Sequence record: KY608965.1
Length of the DNA stretch: 64,000 nucleotides
Strand: one strand, 5' to 3'
From: Escherichia phage phiEC1
Made by a program: the position numbers and the translations under genes. The notes beneath the pieces were generated by a model, which was given only the letters and a program-made list of their open reading frames with translations, made no database searches and was not told the origin of the DNA. Numbering within the stretch: the stretch's first letter is position 1; every line of letters starts with the position of its first letter. Of the stretch, positions 1-13,022 are shown one piece after another.

Positions 1-3
1 AAT

Positions 4-639
4 ATGGCGACATACTACAGATTGTATATTACAACATTTGAAACATCCACTGGTATAAAGATTTATGGTGGTAAACACAAATCAGTTTACGAAGACCCTT
101 CAAAAGACCCTTATACTGGGTCTGGTACCTTTATACGAAGGGCCAAAAGAAAATACGGTCCGTCTTGTATAAAAGAAATTATATGGTCTAAGCCATTTGA
201 ATCTAAAGCTCTAATGGATGAAGCTGAAGAGTTACTGGTAGATGAATTATCCATTTTAGAAAATTGCGCAAATCTTGTTAAAGGTGGTGCAGGCGGAAGG
301 TCGTATATTAACCCAGAAGATAATCCATCTATAGGACAAAAACGTTCAGCCCAATCTAAAAAGAAAATGTCTGACGCCGCAAAATCAAGAAAATGGACTG
401 AAGAAGGGTTAAGAAAACGTAAAGAATCTACAGCAAGAATGTGGAAAGATTTCAAACATAGACATCCTGATTTTTCTGGTTCAAAAAATCCAGCAGCTCG
501 AAAAGTTAGTGTAAATGGTAAAATATTTAACACCTGCAAAGAATGTGGTGAAGAATTTAATATCACATCAAGCGCGGTTATAGGCCGATGCAAAAACAAC
601 AAACCTAAATGGGCAGGATGGAATTATGTCGACGTATAA
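4..639 (+). mobile_element. Free-standing GIY-YIG homing endonuclease gene (seg-like), immediately upstream of and overlapping gene 14
   Basis: N-terminal YYRLYITTFETSTGIKIYGGKH (GIY...YIG-type spacing) and ENCANLVKGGAGG (conserved Asn-GG region); basic C-terminal half with NUMOD3-like repeats; 3' end overlaps the gene 14 start by 14 nt. Confidence 0.7.
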
Positions 640-1390
640 TTCAAATTTATTTGCAAAGTTAGAAACCCGAGAAGGCTATTCTAAAACTAATGAAACCGAG
701 ATTTTAAACAAATACGTGAACTTCAACAAATACGAAAATAGTCAAACCCTAGCTGATGTGTTAGTAGCAGAAAGCATACAGATGCGCGGTATTGAGTGTT
801 TTTATGTTCCACGTGAATATGTTGCCGTGGACCTTATCTTTGGTGAGGACCTTAAAAATAAATTTACTAAAGCATGGAAATTTGCTGCATATCTGAACTC
901 TTTTGAAGGTTATGAAGGAGCGAAATCGTTCTTCAGCAACTTCGGAATGCAAGTTCAAGACGAAGTTACATTATCTATTAACCCAGGTCTTTTCAAACAC
1001 CAGGTCAACAATCAGGAGCCCAAGGAAGGTGATTTAATATACTTCCCAATGGACAACAGTTTGTTTGAGATTAACTGGGTTGAACCATATGACCCATTCT
1101 ATCAAGTAGGTAAAAATGCGATTCGTAAAATTACTGCAGGCAAGTTTATTTACTCTGGCGAAGAAATCAATCCGGTGCTTCAGAAAAACGAAGGTATCAA
1201 TATACCTGAATTTAGTGACTTGGAACTTAACCCTGTTAGAAATCTTGACGGTATCCATGACATTAATATCGATGAATATTCTGAAGTTGAGCAAATCAAT
1301 TCAGAGGCAAGTGAATACGTTGAGCCGTATGTAGTAGTTAACAACCGTGGTAGACAAAATTCACCATTTGACGATGGGTTTATGAATTAA
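626..1390 (+). CDS. 14: Neck protein gp14
   Basis: Near-identical to T4 gp14 as recalled (…LFAKLE…ESIQMRG.EC.YVPREYV…[30 protein letters not shown]…); synteny 14-15-16-17. Confidence 0.93.
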   Translation: MSTYNSNLFAKLETREGYSKTNETEILNKYVNFNKYENSQTLADVLVAESIQMRGIECFYVPREYVAVDLIFGEDLKNKFTKAWKFAAYLNSFEGYEGAKSFFSNFGMQVQDEVTLSINPGLFKHQVNNQEPKEGDLIYFPMDNSLFEINWVEPYDPFYQVGKNAIRKITAGKFIYSGEEINPVLQKNEGINIPEFSDLELNPVRNLDGIHDINIDEYSEVEQINSEASEYVEPYVVVNNRGRQNSPFDDGFMN

Positions 1391-1439
1391 TAAATAGATA
1401 AGATAAAGCAAACACCGGTCGAAAGGCCGGTTAGGAGAA

Positions 1440-2264
1440 ATGATGTTTGGTTATTTTTACAACTCGTCGTTCAGGCGATATATCACAATGATGGGCGATT
1501 TGTTTTCAAATATCCAAGTTAACCGTCAATTGTCTACAGGCAATAAATTAATTAGAGTTCCTATTACGTATGCATCTAAAGAGCACTTTATGATGAAACT
1601 TAATAAATGGACCTCTATAAACTCACAAGAAGATGTGGCTAAAGTCGAAACTATTCTACCACGTATAAATCTCCAAATGGTAGATTTCGTTTATAACCCA
1701 ACGTTTAAAACGAATATATTGAATAACTCTCTTTTGAGTAAATCGACTAAGGATATTGTAGACCAATACAACCCATCACCAATTAAAATGATTTTTGAAC
1801 TGAGCATCTTTACTCGTTATGAAGATGATATGTTCCAAATCGTTGAGCAAATTATTCCATATTTTCAGCCGCATTTTAATACGACTATGATTGAGCAATA
1901 TGGGCAGGATATTCCATTTGAAAGGGATATTAAAGTCGTATGGATGGCAGCAGCAATGGATGAACAAATAGACGGTGATAATTTATCCCGTCGACGTTTA
2001 GAGTGGTCATTAACATTTGAAGTAAATGGATGGATGTATCCTCCGGTAGGCGCAGCTGAAGGCCTTATTAAAACGACTTATCTTGATTTTCATGCTAATG
2101 AACGAGACCTTCAAACAGCCGCCAGCGTTTTTGAATCAGTTGATACAGAAATTAAACCGAGAGACGTTGAAGCACAAGATTGGAATGGTGAAGTTGAACA
2201 AACTTATACTCATGATATTCCAATCCCGACTCCACCAACCCCTCCTGGTCCTAGAAAACAATAA
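1440..2264 (+). CDS. 15: Tail sheath stabiliser / tail completion protein gp15
   Basis: MFGYFYNSSFRRY… matches T4 gp15; true start may be the second ATG at 1443. Confidence 0.92.
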   Translation: MMFGYFYNSSFRRYITMMGDLFSNIQVNRQLSTGNKLIRVPITYASKEHFMMKLNKWTSINSQEDVAKVETILPRINLQMVDFVYNPTFKTNILNNSLLSKSTKDIVDQYNPSPIKMIFELSIFTRYEDDMFQIVEQIIPYFQPHFNTTMIEQYGQDIPFERDIKVVWMAAAMDEQIDGDNLSRRRLEWSLTFEVNGWMYPPVGAAEGLIKTTYLDFHANERDLQTAASVFESVDTEIKPRDVEAQDWNGEVEQTYTHDIPIPTPPTPPGPRKQ

Positions 2265-4587
<2,323 letters not shown>

Positions 4588-4617
4588 ATAAAATAAAGCA
4601 AATTAAGAGGAATTAAA

Positions 4618-6600
4618 ATGTCACTTCTCTCTCCGGGCGTTGAGCTCAAAGAAACTACCGTACAGAGTACTGTAGTTAATAACTCCACTGGTACTGCTGC
4701 CTTGGCTGGAAAATTCCAATGGGGACCTGCATTCCAGATTAAACAAATCACTGATGAAGTTGCATTGGTTGATATGTTTGGTACTCCTAATACGGATACA
4801 GCAGATTATTTCATGTCTGCTATGAACTTCCTTCAATATGGTAATGACCTTCGTGTTGTACGCGCAGTTGACCGTGATACTGCTAAGAACTCATCTCCTG
4901 TAGCAGGCAATATTGAATTCACAATCTCTGCTGCTGGTAGTAACTATGCAGTTGGTGATAAAATTATCGTTAAGTATTTGACCGAAACTGTTGAAGCAGA
5001 TGGTTATGTCACTTCAGTTGATGTCGATGGTAAAATTCTTAACATTTATATCCCAACCGGTAAAATTATTGCTCGTGCAAAAGAAATTAATGAATATCCG
5101 GCATTGGGTTCTAACTGGACCGCCGAAGTTGCCAGTTCTTCTTCTGGACTCTCTGGCGTTATTACAATTGGTTCTATCGTAACCGATTCGGGTATTCTGT
5201 TAACTGAAGTTGAAACTTCTGAAGAAGCTATTACTTCTCTAACTTTCCAAGAATCTATTAAAAAATATGGTGTCCCAGGCGTAGTTGCTCTTTATCCTGG
5301 TGAACTTGGCGACCAGCTCGAAATTGAAATCGTATCTAAAGCAGACTACGACAAAGGTGCTTCAGCCCAGTTAAAAATTTATCCTGATGGTGGTACTCGC
5401 GCATCTACTGCTAAAGCAATCTTTGGGTATGGCCCACAAACTGATGACCAATATGCAATTATCGTTCGTCGTAACGATGCTGTAGTCCAGAGTGTAGTTC
5501 TTTCTACTAAACGCGGTGAACGCGATATTTATGGTAGTAATATCTTTATTGATGATTTCTTTGCTAAAGGCGCAAGCAATTATATTTTCGCTACAGCACA
5601 AGGTTGGCCAAAAGGTTTCTCTGGCGTAATCAAACTTGGCGGTGGCTTATCATCTAATGAAACGGTTGACGCTGGCGATTTAATGGAAGCTTGGGATTTG
5701 TTTGCTGACCGCGAATCTGTTAATGCGCAGTTGTTTATTGCAGGTTCTTGTGCAGGTGAATCTTTAGAAGTTGCTTCTACAGTTCAGAAACATGTTGTAG
5801 CAATTGGTGATTCTCGCCAAGATTGCTTGGTTCTTTGCTCACCGCCACGTGCAACTATAGTCGGTATTCCTGTTAATCGTGCAGTTGATAATCTGGTTGA
5901 TTGGCGTACTGCGTCAGGAACTTACACTGATAATAACTTTAATGTAAGTTCTACTTATGCCGCTATTGACGGTAACTATAAATATCAATATGATAAATAT
6001 AATGATGTGAATCGTTGGGTTCCATTAGCTGCTGATATTGCTGGTCTTTGTGCTCGCACAGACAATATTTCTCAGCCTTGGATGTCTCCTGCCGGTTATA
6101 ACCGTGGACAAATTCTTAACGTTATTAAGCTTGCGATTGAAACTCGCCAAGCACAACGTGATCGTTTGTATCAGGAAGCTATTAACCCTGTTACTGGTAC
6201 CGGTGGTGATGGGTATGTTCTGTACGGTGATAAAACTGCCACTTCCGTTCCTTCACCATTTGACCGTATTAACGTTCGTCGTTTGTTCAATATGGTTAAA
6301 ACGAACATTGGTTCAGCATCTAAATATCGCCTGTTTGAATTGAACAACGCATTTACCCGTTCTTCTTTCCGTACAGAGACTTCTCAATATCTACAGGGTA
6401 TTAAAGCTCTCGGTGGTGTATATAACTTTAAAGTTGTTTGTGATACTACCAATAATACCCCAGCAGTTATCGACCGTAATGAATTTGTAGCTACTTTCTA
6501 CTTACAACCTGCCCGCTCGATAAATTATATTACGTTGAACTTTGTAGCAACAGCAACTGGTGCCGATTTCGACGAACTGATTGGTGCTGTAGGTGGTTAA
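4618..6600 (+). CDS. 18: Tail sheath protein gp18
   Basis: 660 aa, colinear with T4 gp18; SD aagagga 8 nt upstream. Confidence 0.95.
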   Translation: MSLLSPGVELKETTVQSTVVNNSTGTAALAGKFQWGPAFQIKQITDEVALVDMFGTPNTDTADYFMSAMNFLQYGNDLRVVRAVDRDTAKNSSPVAGNIEFTISAAGSNYAVGDKIIVKYLTETVEADGYVTSVDVDGKILNIYIPTGKIIARAKEINEYPALGSNWTAEVASSSSGLSGVITIGSIVTDSGILLTEVETSEEAITSLTFQESIKKYGVPGVVALYPGELGDQLEIEIVSKADYDKGASAQLKIYPDGGTRASTAKAIFGYGPQTDDQYAIIVRRNDAVVQSVVLSTKRGERDIYGSNIFIDDFFAKGASNYIFATAQGWPKGFSGVIKLGGGLSSNETVDAGDLMEAWDLFADRESVNAQLFIAGSCAGESLEVASTVQKHVVAIGDSRQDCLVLCSPPRATIVGIPVNRAVDNLVDWRTASGTYTDNNFNVSSTYAAIDGNYKYQYDKYNDVNRWVPLAADIAGLCARTDNISQPWMSPAGYNRGQILNVIKLAIETRQAQRDRLYQEAINPVTGTGGDGYVLYGDKTATSVPSPFDRINVRRLFNMVKTNIGSASKYRLFELNNAFTRSSFRTETSQYLQGIKALGGVYNFKVVCDTTNNTPAVIDRNEFVATFYLQPARSINYITLNFVATATGADFDELIGAVGG

Positions 6601-6712
6601 TAAGACGCCTGATGGGCTATTTCGGTAGCCCATATAAATATACTATATCGTTTAAAAATTAATTCTATGGGCGTCTGGTTAATCCTAAGCCCATATTACT
6701 ACAGAGGCTAAT

Positions 6713-7204
6713 ATGTTTGTAGATGACGTAACTCGCGCCTTCGAATCTGGTGATTTCGCTCGCCCTAACCTGTTCGAAGTAGAAATCTCTTATCTTGGGC
6801 AAAACTTTAGCTTCCAGTGTCGTGCTACGGCTCTTCCTGCTGCAATCGTTGAAAAGGTTCCTGTTTCTTATATGAACCGTAAAATTAACGTGGCCGGTGA
6901 TCGTACATTCGATGATTGGACTATTACAGTAATGAACGATGATGCTCATAGCATTCGTCAGAAATTTGTTGATTGGCAAGGTATTGCAGCAGGACAAGGT
7001 AATGAAATTACCGGTGGTAAACCTGCTGAATATAAAAAGACTGCTATCGTTCGTCAATTTGCTCGTGATGCTAAAACGGTCACTAAAGAAGTTGAAATTG
7101 TCGGCTTGTGGCCTACTAACGTTGGTGAAGTATCTCTTGATTGGGATTCGAATAACGAGATTGAAACGTTCGAAGTAACTCTTGCTCTTGATTGGTGGGA
7201 ATAA
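6713..7204 (+). CDS. 19: Tail tube protein gp19
   Basis: 163 aa, T4 gp19-like; TATAAATA late promoter upstream. Confidence 0.94.
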   Translation: MFVDDVTRAFESGDFARPNLFEVEISYLGQNFSFQCRATALPAAIVEKVPVSYMNRKINVAGDRTFDDWTITVMNDDAHSIRQKFVDWQGIAAGQGNEITGGKPAEYKKTAIVRQFARDAKTVTKEVEIVGLWPTNVGEVSLDWDSNNEIETFEVTLALDWWE

Positions 7205-7276
7205 TCCGGTTGGGGAGAAATCCCCAGCTTCCCGTGATGACGGAGAAGTCCATATAAATATAACTATAATTCCCAT

Positions 7277-8860
7277 TTGGAGAATACAATGAAATTTAAT
7301 ATCTTAAGTTTGTTTGCTCCATGGGCAAAAATGGACGAACGTGATTACAAAGACCAAGAAAAAGAAAATTTAGAATCTATCACCACACCAAAATTAGACG
7401 ATGGCGCTAAAGAATACGAAGTATCTGAAAATGAAGCACAGCAAACATATAATGCTATGTTTCAGAGAATGTTCGGTAGTCAAGAACCAGGGCTCAAATC
7501 AACCCGTGAATTAATCGATACGTATCGAAATTTGATGACGAACTATGAAGTGGATAACGCGGTCTCTGAAATAGTTTCTGATGCTATCGTATATGAAGAT
7601 GATACAGAAGTCGTTTCTATAAATTTAGACAACACAAAATTTAGTCCAAATATAAAATCAATGATGTTGGATGAATTTAACGAAGTGTTGAATCATTTAT
7701 CTTTCCAACGTAAAGGTTCAGACCATTTTAGGCGTTGGTATGTAGATTCTCGAATTTTCTTCCATAAAATTATTGACCCTAAACGCCCTAAAGAAGGTAT
7801 TAAAGAGCTTCGTCGTTTAGACCCACGCCAAGTTCAATATGTCCGTGAAGTTATTACAACCACTGAAGCCGGTGTTAAAATAGTCAAGGGTTATAAAGAA
7901 TATTTCATTTATGACACATCACACGAATCTTATGCTTGTGATGGTCGCATATATGAAGCTGGCACAAAAATAAAAATCCCTAAAGCCGCGATTGTTTATG
8001 CCCATTCTGGTTTAGTTGATTGTTGTGGTAAAAATATCATCGGTTATTTGCATCGGGCTATTAAGCCGGCGAACCAATTAAAACTTCTTGAAGATGCCGT
8101 CGTAATTTATCGTATTACTCGTGCTCCCGATCGTCGTGTATGGTACGTTGATACAGGTAATATGCCTTCAAGAAAAGCAGCAGAACATATGCAACATGTT
8201 ATGAATACGATGAAAAACCGTATTGCATATGATGCTACTACAGGCAAGATTAAAAACCAGCAGCATATTATGTCGATGACCGAAGATTATTGGTTACAAC
8301 GACGTGATGGTAAAGCAGTAACAGAAGTTGACACATTACCAGGTGCAGATAATACTGGAAATATGGAAGATGTACGTTGGTTCCGTAATGCGCTTTATAT
8401 GGCTTTACGTATTCCTATTACCCGTATTCCAAGTGACCAAGGTGGTATACAGTTTGATGCTGGTACTTCTATTACACGAGATGAATTATCATTTGGTAAA
8501 TTTATTCGTGAGCTGCAACATAAATTTGAAGAGATATTCCTAGACCCGCTTAAAACTAATTTAATTCTTAAAGGAATTATTACAGAAGATGAGTGGAATG
8601 ATGAAATAAATAATATTAAGATAAAATTTCATCGGGATAGTTATTTCTCGGAATTAAAGGATGCTGAGATTCTGGAGCGTCGAATTAATATGCTTCAGAT
8701 GGCCGAACCATTTATTGGTAAATATATTTCTCACAGAACAGCTATGAAAGATATTCTTCAGATGTCTGACGAGGAAATTGAACAAGAGGCTAAGCAAATT
8801 GAAGAAGAGTCGAAAGAGGCTCGTTTCCAAGACCCCGACCAAGAACAAGAGGATTTTTAA
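7277..8860 (+). CDS. 20: Portal protein gp20
   Basis: 527 aa colinear with T4 gp20; late promoter TATAAATA upstream. Confidence 0.95.
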   Translation: MENTMKFNILSLFAPWAKMDERDYKDQEKENLESITTPKLDDGAKEYEVSENEAQQTYNAMFQRMFGSQEPGLKSTRELIDTYRNLMTNYEVDNAVSEIVSDAIVYEDDTEVVSINLDNTKFSPNIKSMMLDEFNEVLNHLSFQRKGSDHFRRWYVDSRIFFHKIIDPKRPKEGIKELRRLDPRQVQYVREVITTTEAGVKIVKGYKEYFIYDTSHESYACDGRIYEAGTKIKIPKAAIVYAHSGLVDCCGKNIIGYLHRAIKPANQLKLLEDAVVIYRITRAPDRRVWYVDTGNMPSRKAAEHMQHVMNTMKNRIAYDATTGKIKNQQHIMSMTEDYWLQRRDGKAVTEVDTLPGADNTGNMEDVRWFRNALYMALRIPITRIPSDQGGIQFDAGTSITRDELSFGKFIRELQHKFEEIFLDPLKTNLILKGIITEDEWNDEINNIKIKFHRDSYFSELKDAEILERRINMLQMAEPFIGKYISHRTAMKDILQMSDEEIEQEAKQIEEESKEARFQDPDQEQEDF

Positions 8861-9096
8861 TGGACGATTTAATTCAAGCTATTAAATCAAACGACCTCGT
8901 TGCTACTCGAAAGTTTTTTGAAAGTGCAATGGCAGAAAAAGCGGTTCGTTTGATTGAAGCGCGTAAAGCAGAAATCGCTTCTCAATTTTTGATTGAAGGC
9001 GAAGAACCTGAAGAAGAAAAGAAAGCTAAAGCTTCGGAAGACGACGCTGATGAAGGCGATGACGACGAAGACGAAGATGATGAGGACGATGAATAA
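8860..9096 (+). CDS. 67: Prohead core protein gp67 (acidic C-terminus)
   Basis: 78 aa with poly-Asp/Glu tail; position between 20 and 68 as in T4; TAATG overlap with gene 20. Confidence 0.85.
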   Translation: MDDLIQAIKSNDLVATRKFFESAMAEKAVRLIEARKAEIASQFLIEGEEPEEEKKAKASEDDADEGDDDEDEDDEDDE

Positions 9097-9521
9097 TGTA
9101 TCTTATCCCTGAATCTTATGAATTGGTACTCGAAAATGTCGAAGCACTTATTCCTGAAGCACAGGGCCGAATCGATGCATTGTCTTCTGCTCTCGATATT
9201 GACGATATAAATACTATTATCGAGAACATGCTTGAAACTGAAACGGATTTAGCTGTTGCAATGGCTTCCATTATTAATGAAGAACAGTTAAATGAGTTTA
9301 TCGTTAAACATGTTTCTTCTCGTGGTGAAGTCACCCGCACTAAAGACCGTAAAACTCGTGAACGTAACGCGTTCCAAACCACTGGTCTTTCTAAAGCAAA
9401 ACGTAGACAAATCGCTCGTAAGGTCGTTAAAGCTAAAAAAGCTAACCCTTCAGGCCAAGTTAAAGGCTTGCGTAAGCGTAAAAAGGCTCTTAAACGTCGT
9501 AAAGCATTAGGATTAAGCTAA
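9096..9521 (+). CDS. 68: Prohead core protein gp68
   Basis: 141 aa, basic C-terminus; synteny 20-67-68-21. Confidence 0.85.
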   Translation: MYLIPESYELVLENVEALIPEAQGRIDALSSALDIDDINTIIENMLETETDLAVAMASIINEEQLNEFIVKHVSSRGEVTRTKDRKTRERNAFQTTGLSKAKRRQIARKVVKAKKANPSGQVKGLRKRKKALKRRKALGLS

Positions 9522-10168
9522 TGAATAAACCCGAGTTACTTATTGAAACTTGGGGTCAACCCGGTGAGATTATTGATGGCGTTCCAATGTTGGAATCTCA
9601 TGATGGAAAAGATTCTGGCTTAAAACCAGGGCTTTATATAGAAGGTATTTTTCTTCAGGCAGAGGTTGTTAACCGAAATAAACGTTTATATCCTAAACGC
9701 GTTTTGGAAAAAGCAGTAAGTGACTATATTAAAGAACAAGTCGCAACCAAACAAGCCCTTGGAGAATTAAACCATCCACCTCGTGCAAATGTTGACCCTA
9801 TGCAAGCCGCTATCATTATTGAAGATATGTGGTGGAAAGGAAACGATGTATATGGACGTGCTAGAATTATTGAAGGCGACCATGGTCCCGGCGATAAATT
9901 AGCTGCTAATATACGAGCTGGTTGGATTCCGGGTGTTTCCTCTCGTGGTCTTGGTTCTTTAACCGACACCAATAAAGGGTACCGTATCGTGAACGAAGGA
10001 TTTAAATTAACCGTCGGCGTAGATGCCGTATGGGGACCTTCTGCTCCAGATGCTTGGGTTACTCCTAAACAAATATCAGAATCAGAATCAGAAAATTCGG
10101 TGGAAATCACCAAAAACAGTGCTGACGAAGCATTTAAAGCTCTCGCAGAGAGTTTAAAAGCATTATAA
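9521..10168 (+). CDS. 21: Prohead core protease gp21
   Basis: 215 aa colinear with T4 gp21. Confidence 0.92.
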   Translation: MNKPELLIETWGQPGEIIDGVPMLESHDGKDSGLKPGLYIEGIFLQAEVVNRNKRLYPKRVLEKAVSDYIKEQVATKQALGELNHPPRANVDPMQAAIIIEDMWWKGNDVYGRARIIEGDHGPGDKLAANIRAGWIPGVSSRGLGSLTDTNKGYRIVNEGFKLTVGVDAVWGPSAPDAWVTPKQISESESENSVEITKNSADEAFKALAESLKAL

Positions 10169-10201
10169 ATAATAATGTAATCTAAACCACAGGACACTAA
10201 A

Positions 10202-11014
10202 ATGATCAAAGAACAACTTTTGAAAGAAGCTCAGAACATCGAGACTTCAGTTGCTCTTAATAGTGTTTTCGAATCAGTAGAACTGTCTCCGGACGTTAAA
10301 GCTAATTTCAGCACTGTATTCGAAGCCACCGTTAAGCAGGAAGCAGTCAAACTGGCTGAATCTCATATCAAAGCCATCGCCGAAAAGGCTGAAGAAGAAG
10401 TTGAAAAGGCTAAAGAAGATGCTGAAGAGAAAGCTGATAAAAAATTGGCTGAACAAGCTTCTAAATTCCTGGACCATCTTGCAAAAGAATGGCTCGCAGA
10501 AAACCAAATCGCAGTTGATAAAGGCATTAAAGCTGATTTGTTCGAATCCATGCTTGGTGGTCTGAAAGAACTGTTTGTTGAACATAACGTTGTTGTTCCA
10601 GAAGAATCTGTAGATGTTGTAGCAGAAATGGAAGAAGAGCTGGCCGAACATAAAGAAGAAACCGCTCGTTTGTTCGAAGAAGTTACCAAACGTGATGCAT
10701 ATATCAATTACGTTCAGCGTGAAACCGCTATTAATGAAAGCGTAAAAGACCTGACTGAATCTCAGAAAGAAAAAGTTATTGGCCTGGTTGAAGGTATGGA
10801 TTATTCTGACGCATTTGGTACTAAGTTAACTGCTATTGTAGAAATGGTTAAAGGTTCTACTAAAGAAGAAGCCGATATTACCGAAAGTATAAATACAGTT
10901 GACAATGACGCTGCCGGTCTTAATTTTGTTGCCGAAGCAGTTGACACTACCACAACTCAGGTAGAACAGAATTCTAATGTAAGTTTATATGCGAAAGTCG
11001 CATCTCGTTTCTAA
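10202..11014 (+). CDS. 22: Prohead core scaffold protein gp22
   Basis: 270 aa, highly acidic/helical, directly upstream of the major capsid gene. Confidence 0.92.
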   Translation: MIKEQLLKEAQNIETSVALNSVFESVELSPDVKANFSTVFEATVKQEAVKLAESHIKAIAEKAEEEVEKAKEDAEEKADKKLAEQASKFLDHLAKEWLAENQIAVDKGIKADLFESMLGGLKELFVEHNVVVPEESVDVVAEMEEELAEHKEETARLFEEVTKRDAYINYVQRETAINESVKDLTESQKEKVIGLVEGMDYSDAFGTKLTAIVEMVKGSTKEEADITESINTVDNDAAGLNFVAEAVDTTTTQVEQNSNVSLYAKVASRF

Positions 11015-11031
11015 TTTAAAGGTTAACACAA

Positions 11032-12600
11032 ATGACTACTATCAAAACTAAAGCTCAGCTCGTAGACAAATGGAAAGAACTGCTGGAAGGTGAAGGCCTG
11101 CCGGAAATCGCTAATAGCAAGCAGGCTATTATCGCTAAAATCTTCGAAAACCAGGAAAAAGATTTCGAAGTATCCCCTGAATATAAAGACGAGAAAATCG
11201 CTCAGGCATTTGGTTCTTTCTTGACCGAAGCTGAAATTGGTGGTGACCACGGTTATAATGCTCAGAATATTGCAGCAGGTCAAACCTCTGGTGCAGTAAC
11301 CCAAATTGGGCCGGCAGTTATGGGTATGGTTCGTCGTGCTATTCCTAATCTGATCGCTTTTGATATTTGTGGTGTTCAGCCTATGAACAGCCCGACCGGT
11401 CAGGTATTTGCTCTCCGTGCAGTATATGGTAAAGACCCTATCGCTGCTGGCGCTAAAGAAGCTTTCCATCCGATGTATGCCCCAGACGCGATGTTCTCTG
11501 GTCAGGGTGCTGCTAAGAAATTCCCAGCTCTGGCTGCTGACACTACTACTGTTGTAGGTGATATCTATACTCACTTCTTCCAAGAAACTGGTACTGTATA
11601 TCTGCAAGCTTCTGCTATCGTAACACTTGATTCTGGTGCAACTGATGCAGCTAAATTAGATGCAGAAGTTAAGAAACAAATGGAAGCTGGTGCACTGGTA
11701 GAAATCGCTGAAGGTATGGCTACTTCTATCGCTGAACTCCAGGAAGGTTTCAACGGTTCTACCGATAACCCATGGAATGAAATGGGCTTCCGTATCGATA
11801 AACAAGTTATCGAAGCTAAATCTCGCCAGCTGAAAGCTGCTTACTCTATCGAATTAGCACAAGACCTCCGTGCAGTACACGGTATGGATGCTGATGCTGA
11901 ACTGAGCGGTATTCTGGCTACAGAAATTATGCTAGAAATCAACCGTGAAGTTGTTGATTGGATTAACTACTCTGCACAGGTTGGTAAATCTGGTATGACC
12001 CTGACTCCGGGTTCTAAAGCTGGCGTATTTGACTTCCAGGACCCGATTGATATCCGTGGTGCTCGTTGGGCCGGTGAAAGCTTTAAATCTCTGTTGTTCC
12101 AGATTGATAAAGAAGCAGTTGAAATTGCTCGTCAAACCGGCCGTGGTGAAGGTAACTTCATTATCGCTTCCCGTAACGTAGTTAACGTACTGGCTTCAGT
12201 TGATACTGGTATTTCTTACGCTGCACAGGGCCTGGCTTCTGGTTTTAATACCGACACTACTAAATCTGTGTTTGCCGGTGTACTTGGTGGTAAATACCGC
12301 GTATACATCGACCAGTATGCTAAACAGGATTACTTCACCGTTGGTTACAAAGGCGCTAACGAAATGGATGCAGGTATTTACTATGCTCCTTACGTTGCAC
12401 TTACCCCACTGCGTGGTTCCGATCCTAAGAACTTCCAGCCGGTAATGGGCTTTAAAACTCGTTACGGTATCGGTGTTAACCCGTTTGCTGAAAGTTCCCT
12501 GCAGGCTCCAGGTGCTCGCATCCAGTCCGGTATGCCGTCTATCCTGAACAGCCTTGGTAAGAACGCTTACTTCCGCCGTGTATATGTAAAAGGCATCTAA
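11032..12600 (+). CDS. 23: Major capsid protein gp23
   Basis: 522 aa, >90% identical to T4 gp23 as recalled (…LLEGEGLPEIANSKQAIIAKIFENQEKDF…GKNAYFRRVYVKGI). Confidence 0.98.
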   Translation: MTTIKTKAQLVDKWKELLEGEGLPEIANSKQAIIAKIFENQEKDFEVSPEYKDEKIAQAFGSFLTEAEIGGDHGYNAQNIAAGQTSGAVTQIGPAVMGMVRRAIPNLIAFDICGVQPMNSPTGQVFALRAVYGKDPIAAGAKEAFHPMYAPDAMFSGQGAAKKFPALAADTTTVVGDIYTHFFQETGTVYLQASAIVTLDSGATDAAKLDAEVKKQMEAGALVEIAEGMATSIAELQEGFNGSTDNPWNEMGFRIDKQVIEAKSRQLKAAYSIELAQDLRAVHGMDADAELSGILATEIMLEINREVVDWINYSAQVGKSGMTLTPGSKAGVFDFQDPIDIRGARWAGESFKSLLFQIDKEAVEIARQTGRGEGNFIIASRNVVNVLASVDTGISYAAQGLASGFNTDTTKSVFAGVLGGKYRVYIDQYAKQDYFTVGYKGANEMDAGIYYAPYVALTPLRGSDPKNFQPVMGFKTRYGIGVNPFAESSLQAPGARIQSGMPSILNSLGKNAYFRRVYVKGI

Positions 12601-12624
12601 TCTTAATTGATTAAATCTTATTTT

Positions 12625-12650
12625 GGGAGACTTCGGTCTCCCATTTTTGG
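12625..12650 (+). terminator. Rho-independent terminator after gene 23 (GGGAGACTTCGGTCTCCC + T-tract)
   Basis: Perfect 7-bp stem with TTCG loop followed by ATTTTTGGTTTT; an identical hairpin recurs after gene 35. Confidence 0.85.
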
Positions 12651-12652
12651 TT

Positions 12653-12922
12653 TTATTTCTGTGCAATTTCGATGTAAGTTTTCAAAATATTTTGCCAATT
12701 AGGCATACCTTCTTGGACATATGCCGGAGAACCGTCTTTGTTTTTGAATGATGCAAGTTTATCAGTGGCCCAATAACCTTTAGCTCGAGCTTCAGAATCA
12801 ACTTTCATCCATACTTTGTTGAAGGCATTACCATTAACTTTTGCACCATATTTTTCTACTAACTTAACTGCTTCAGCTTCCAGAACTTTTAAAGTATCTC
12901 GTAAGAAACGTGCTTTAGTCAT
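12653..12922 (-). CDS. Hypothetical 89-aa early protein, antisense to the late cluster, in the gene 23/24 interval
   Basis: ORF with GAGGAG SD 9-14 nt upstream of the ATG and its own early-type promoter; no recognisable domain. Confidence 0.6.
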   Translation of the reverse strand: MTKARFLRDTLKVLEAEAVKLVEKYGAKVNGNAFNKVWMKVDSEARAKGYWATDKLASFKNKDGSPAYVQEGMPNWQNILKTYIEIAQK

Positions 12923-12952
12923 TTTGTTTACTCCTCTGTAGTTGATAAGTCT

Positions 12953-12982
12953 ATAGTATCACATACCAAATACGTTGTAAAC
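12953..12982 (-). promoter_or_regulatory. Early (sigma70-type) promoter GTTTAC-N18-TACTAT for the 89-aa ORF
   Basis: Minus-strand GTTTACAACGTATTTGGTATGTGATACTAT, about 30 nt upstream of the ATG. Confidence 0.6.
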
Positions 12983-12988
12983 AATCTT

Positions 12989-12996
12989 TATAAATA
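12989..12996 (+). promoter_or_regulatory. Late promoter TATAAATA upstream of gene 24
   Basis: Exact TATAAATA 27 nt upstream of the gene 24 ATG. Confidence 0.7.
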
Positions 12997-13022
12997 ATCT
13001 ATATCACATAAGGAAAAATGCA

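Noticed and set aside
111-602. 163-aa minus-strand ORF inside the first endonuclease gene
   Set aside because: Antisense ORF wholly embedded in a coding region with clear GIY-YIG motifs; no promoter or SD signal; typical spurious ORF in AT-rich DNA.
10274-10707. Two overlapping minus-strand ORFs (125 and 114 aa) inside gene 22
   Set aside because: Antisense to the conserved scaffold gene; low-complexity translations (Phe/Ser-rich) typical of reverse-frame artefacts.
11023-12666. Minus-strand ORFs (194, 60, 67, 156 aa) and a plus-strand 81-aa ORF overlapping the major capsid gene 23
   Set aside because: Embedded in the most conserved gene of the window; no independent expression signals; rejected as frame artefacts.
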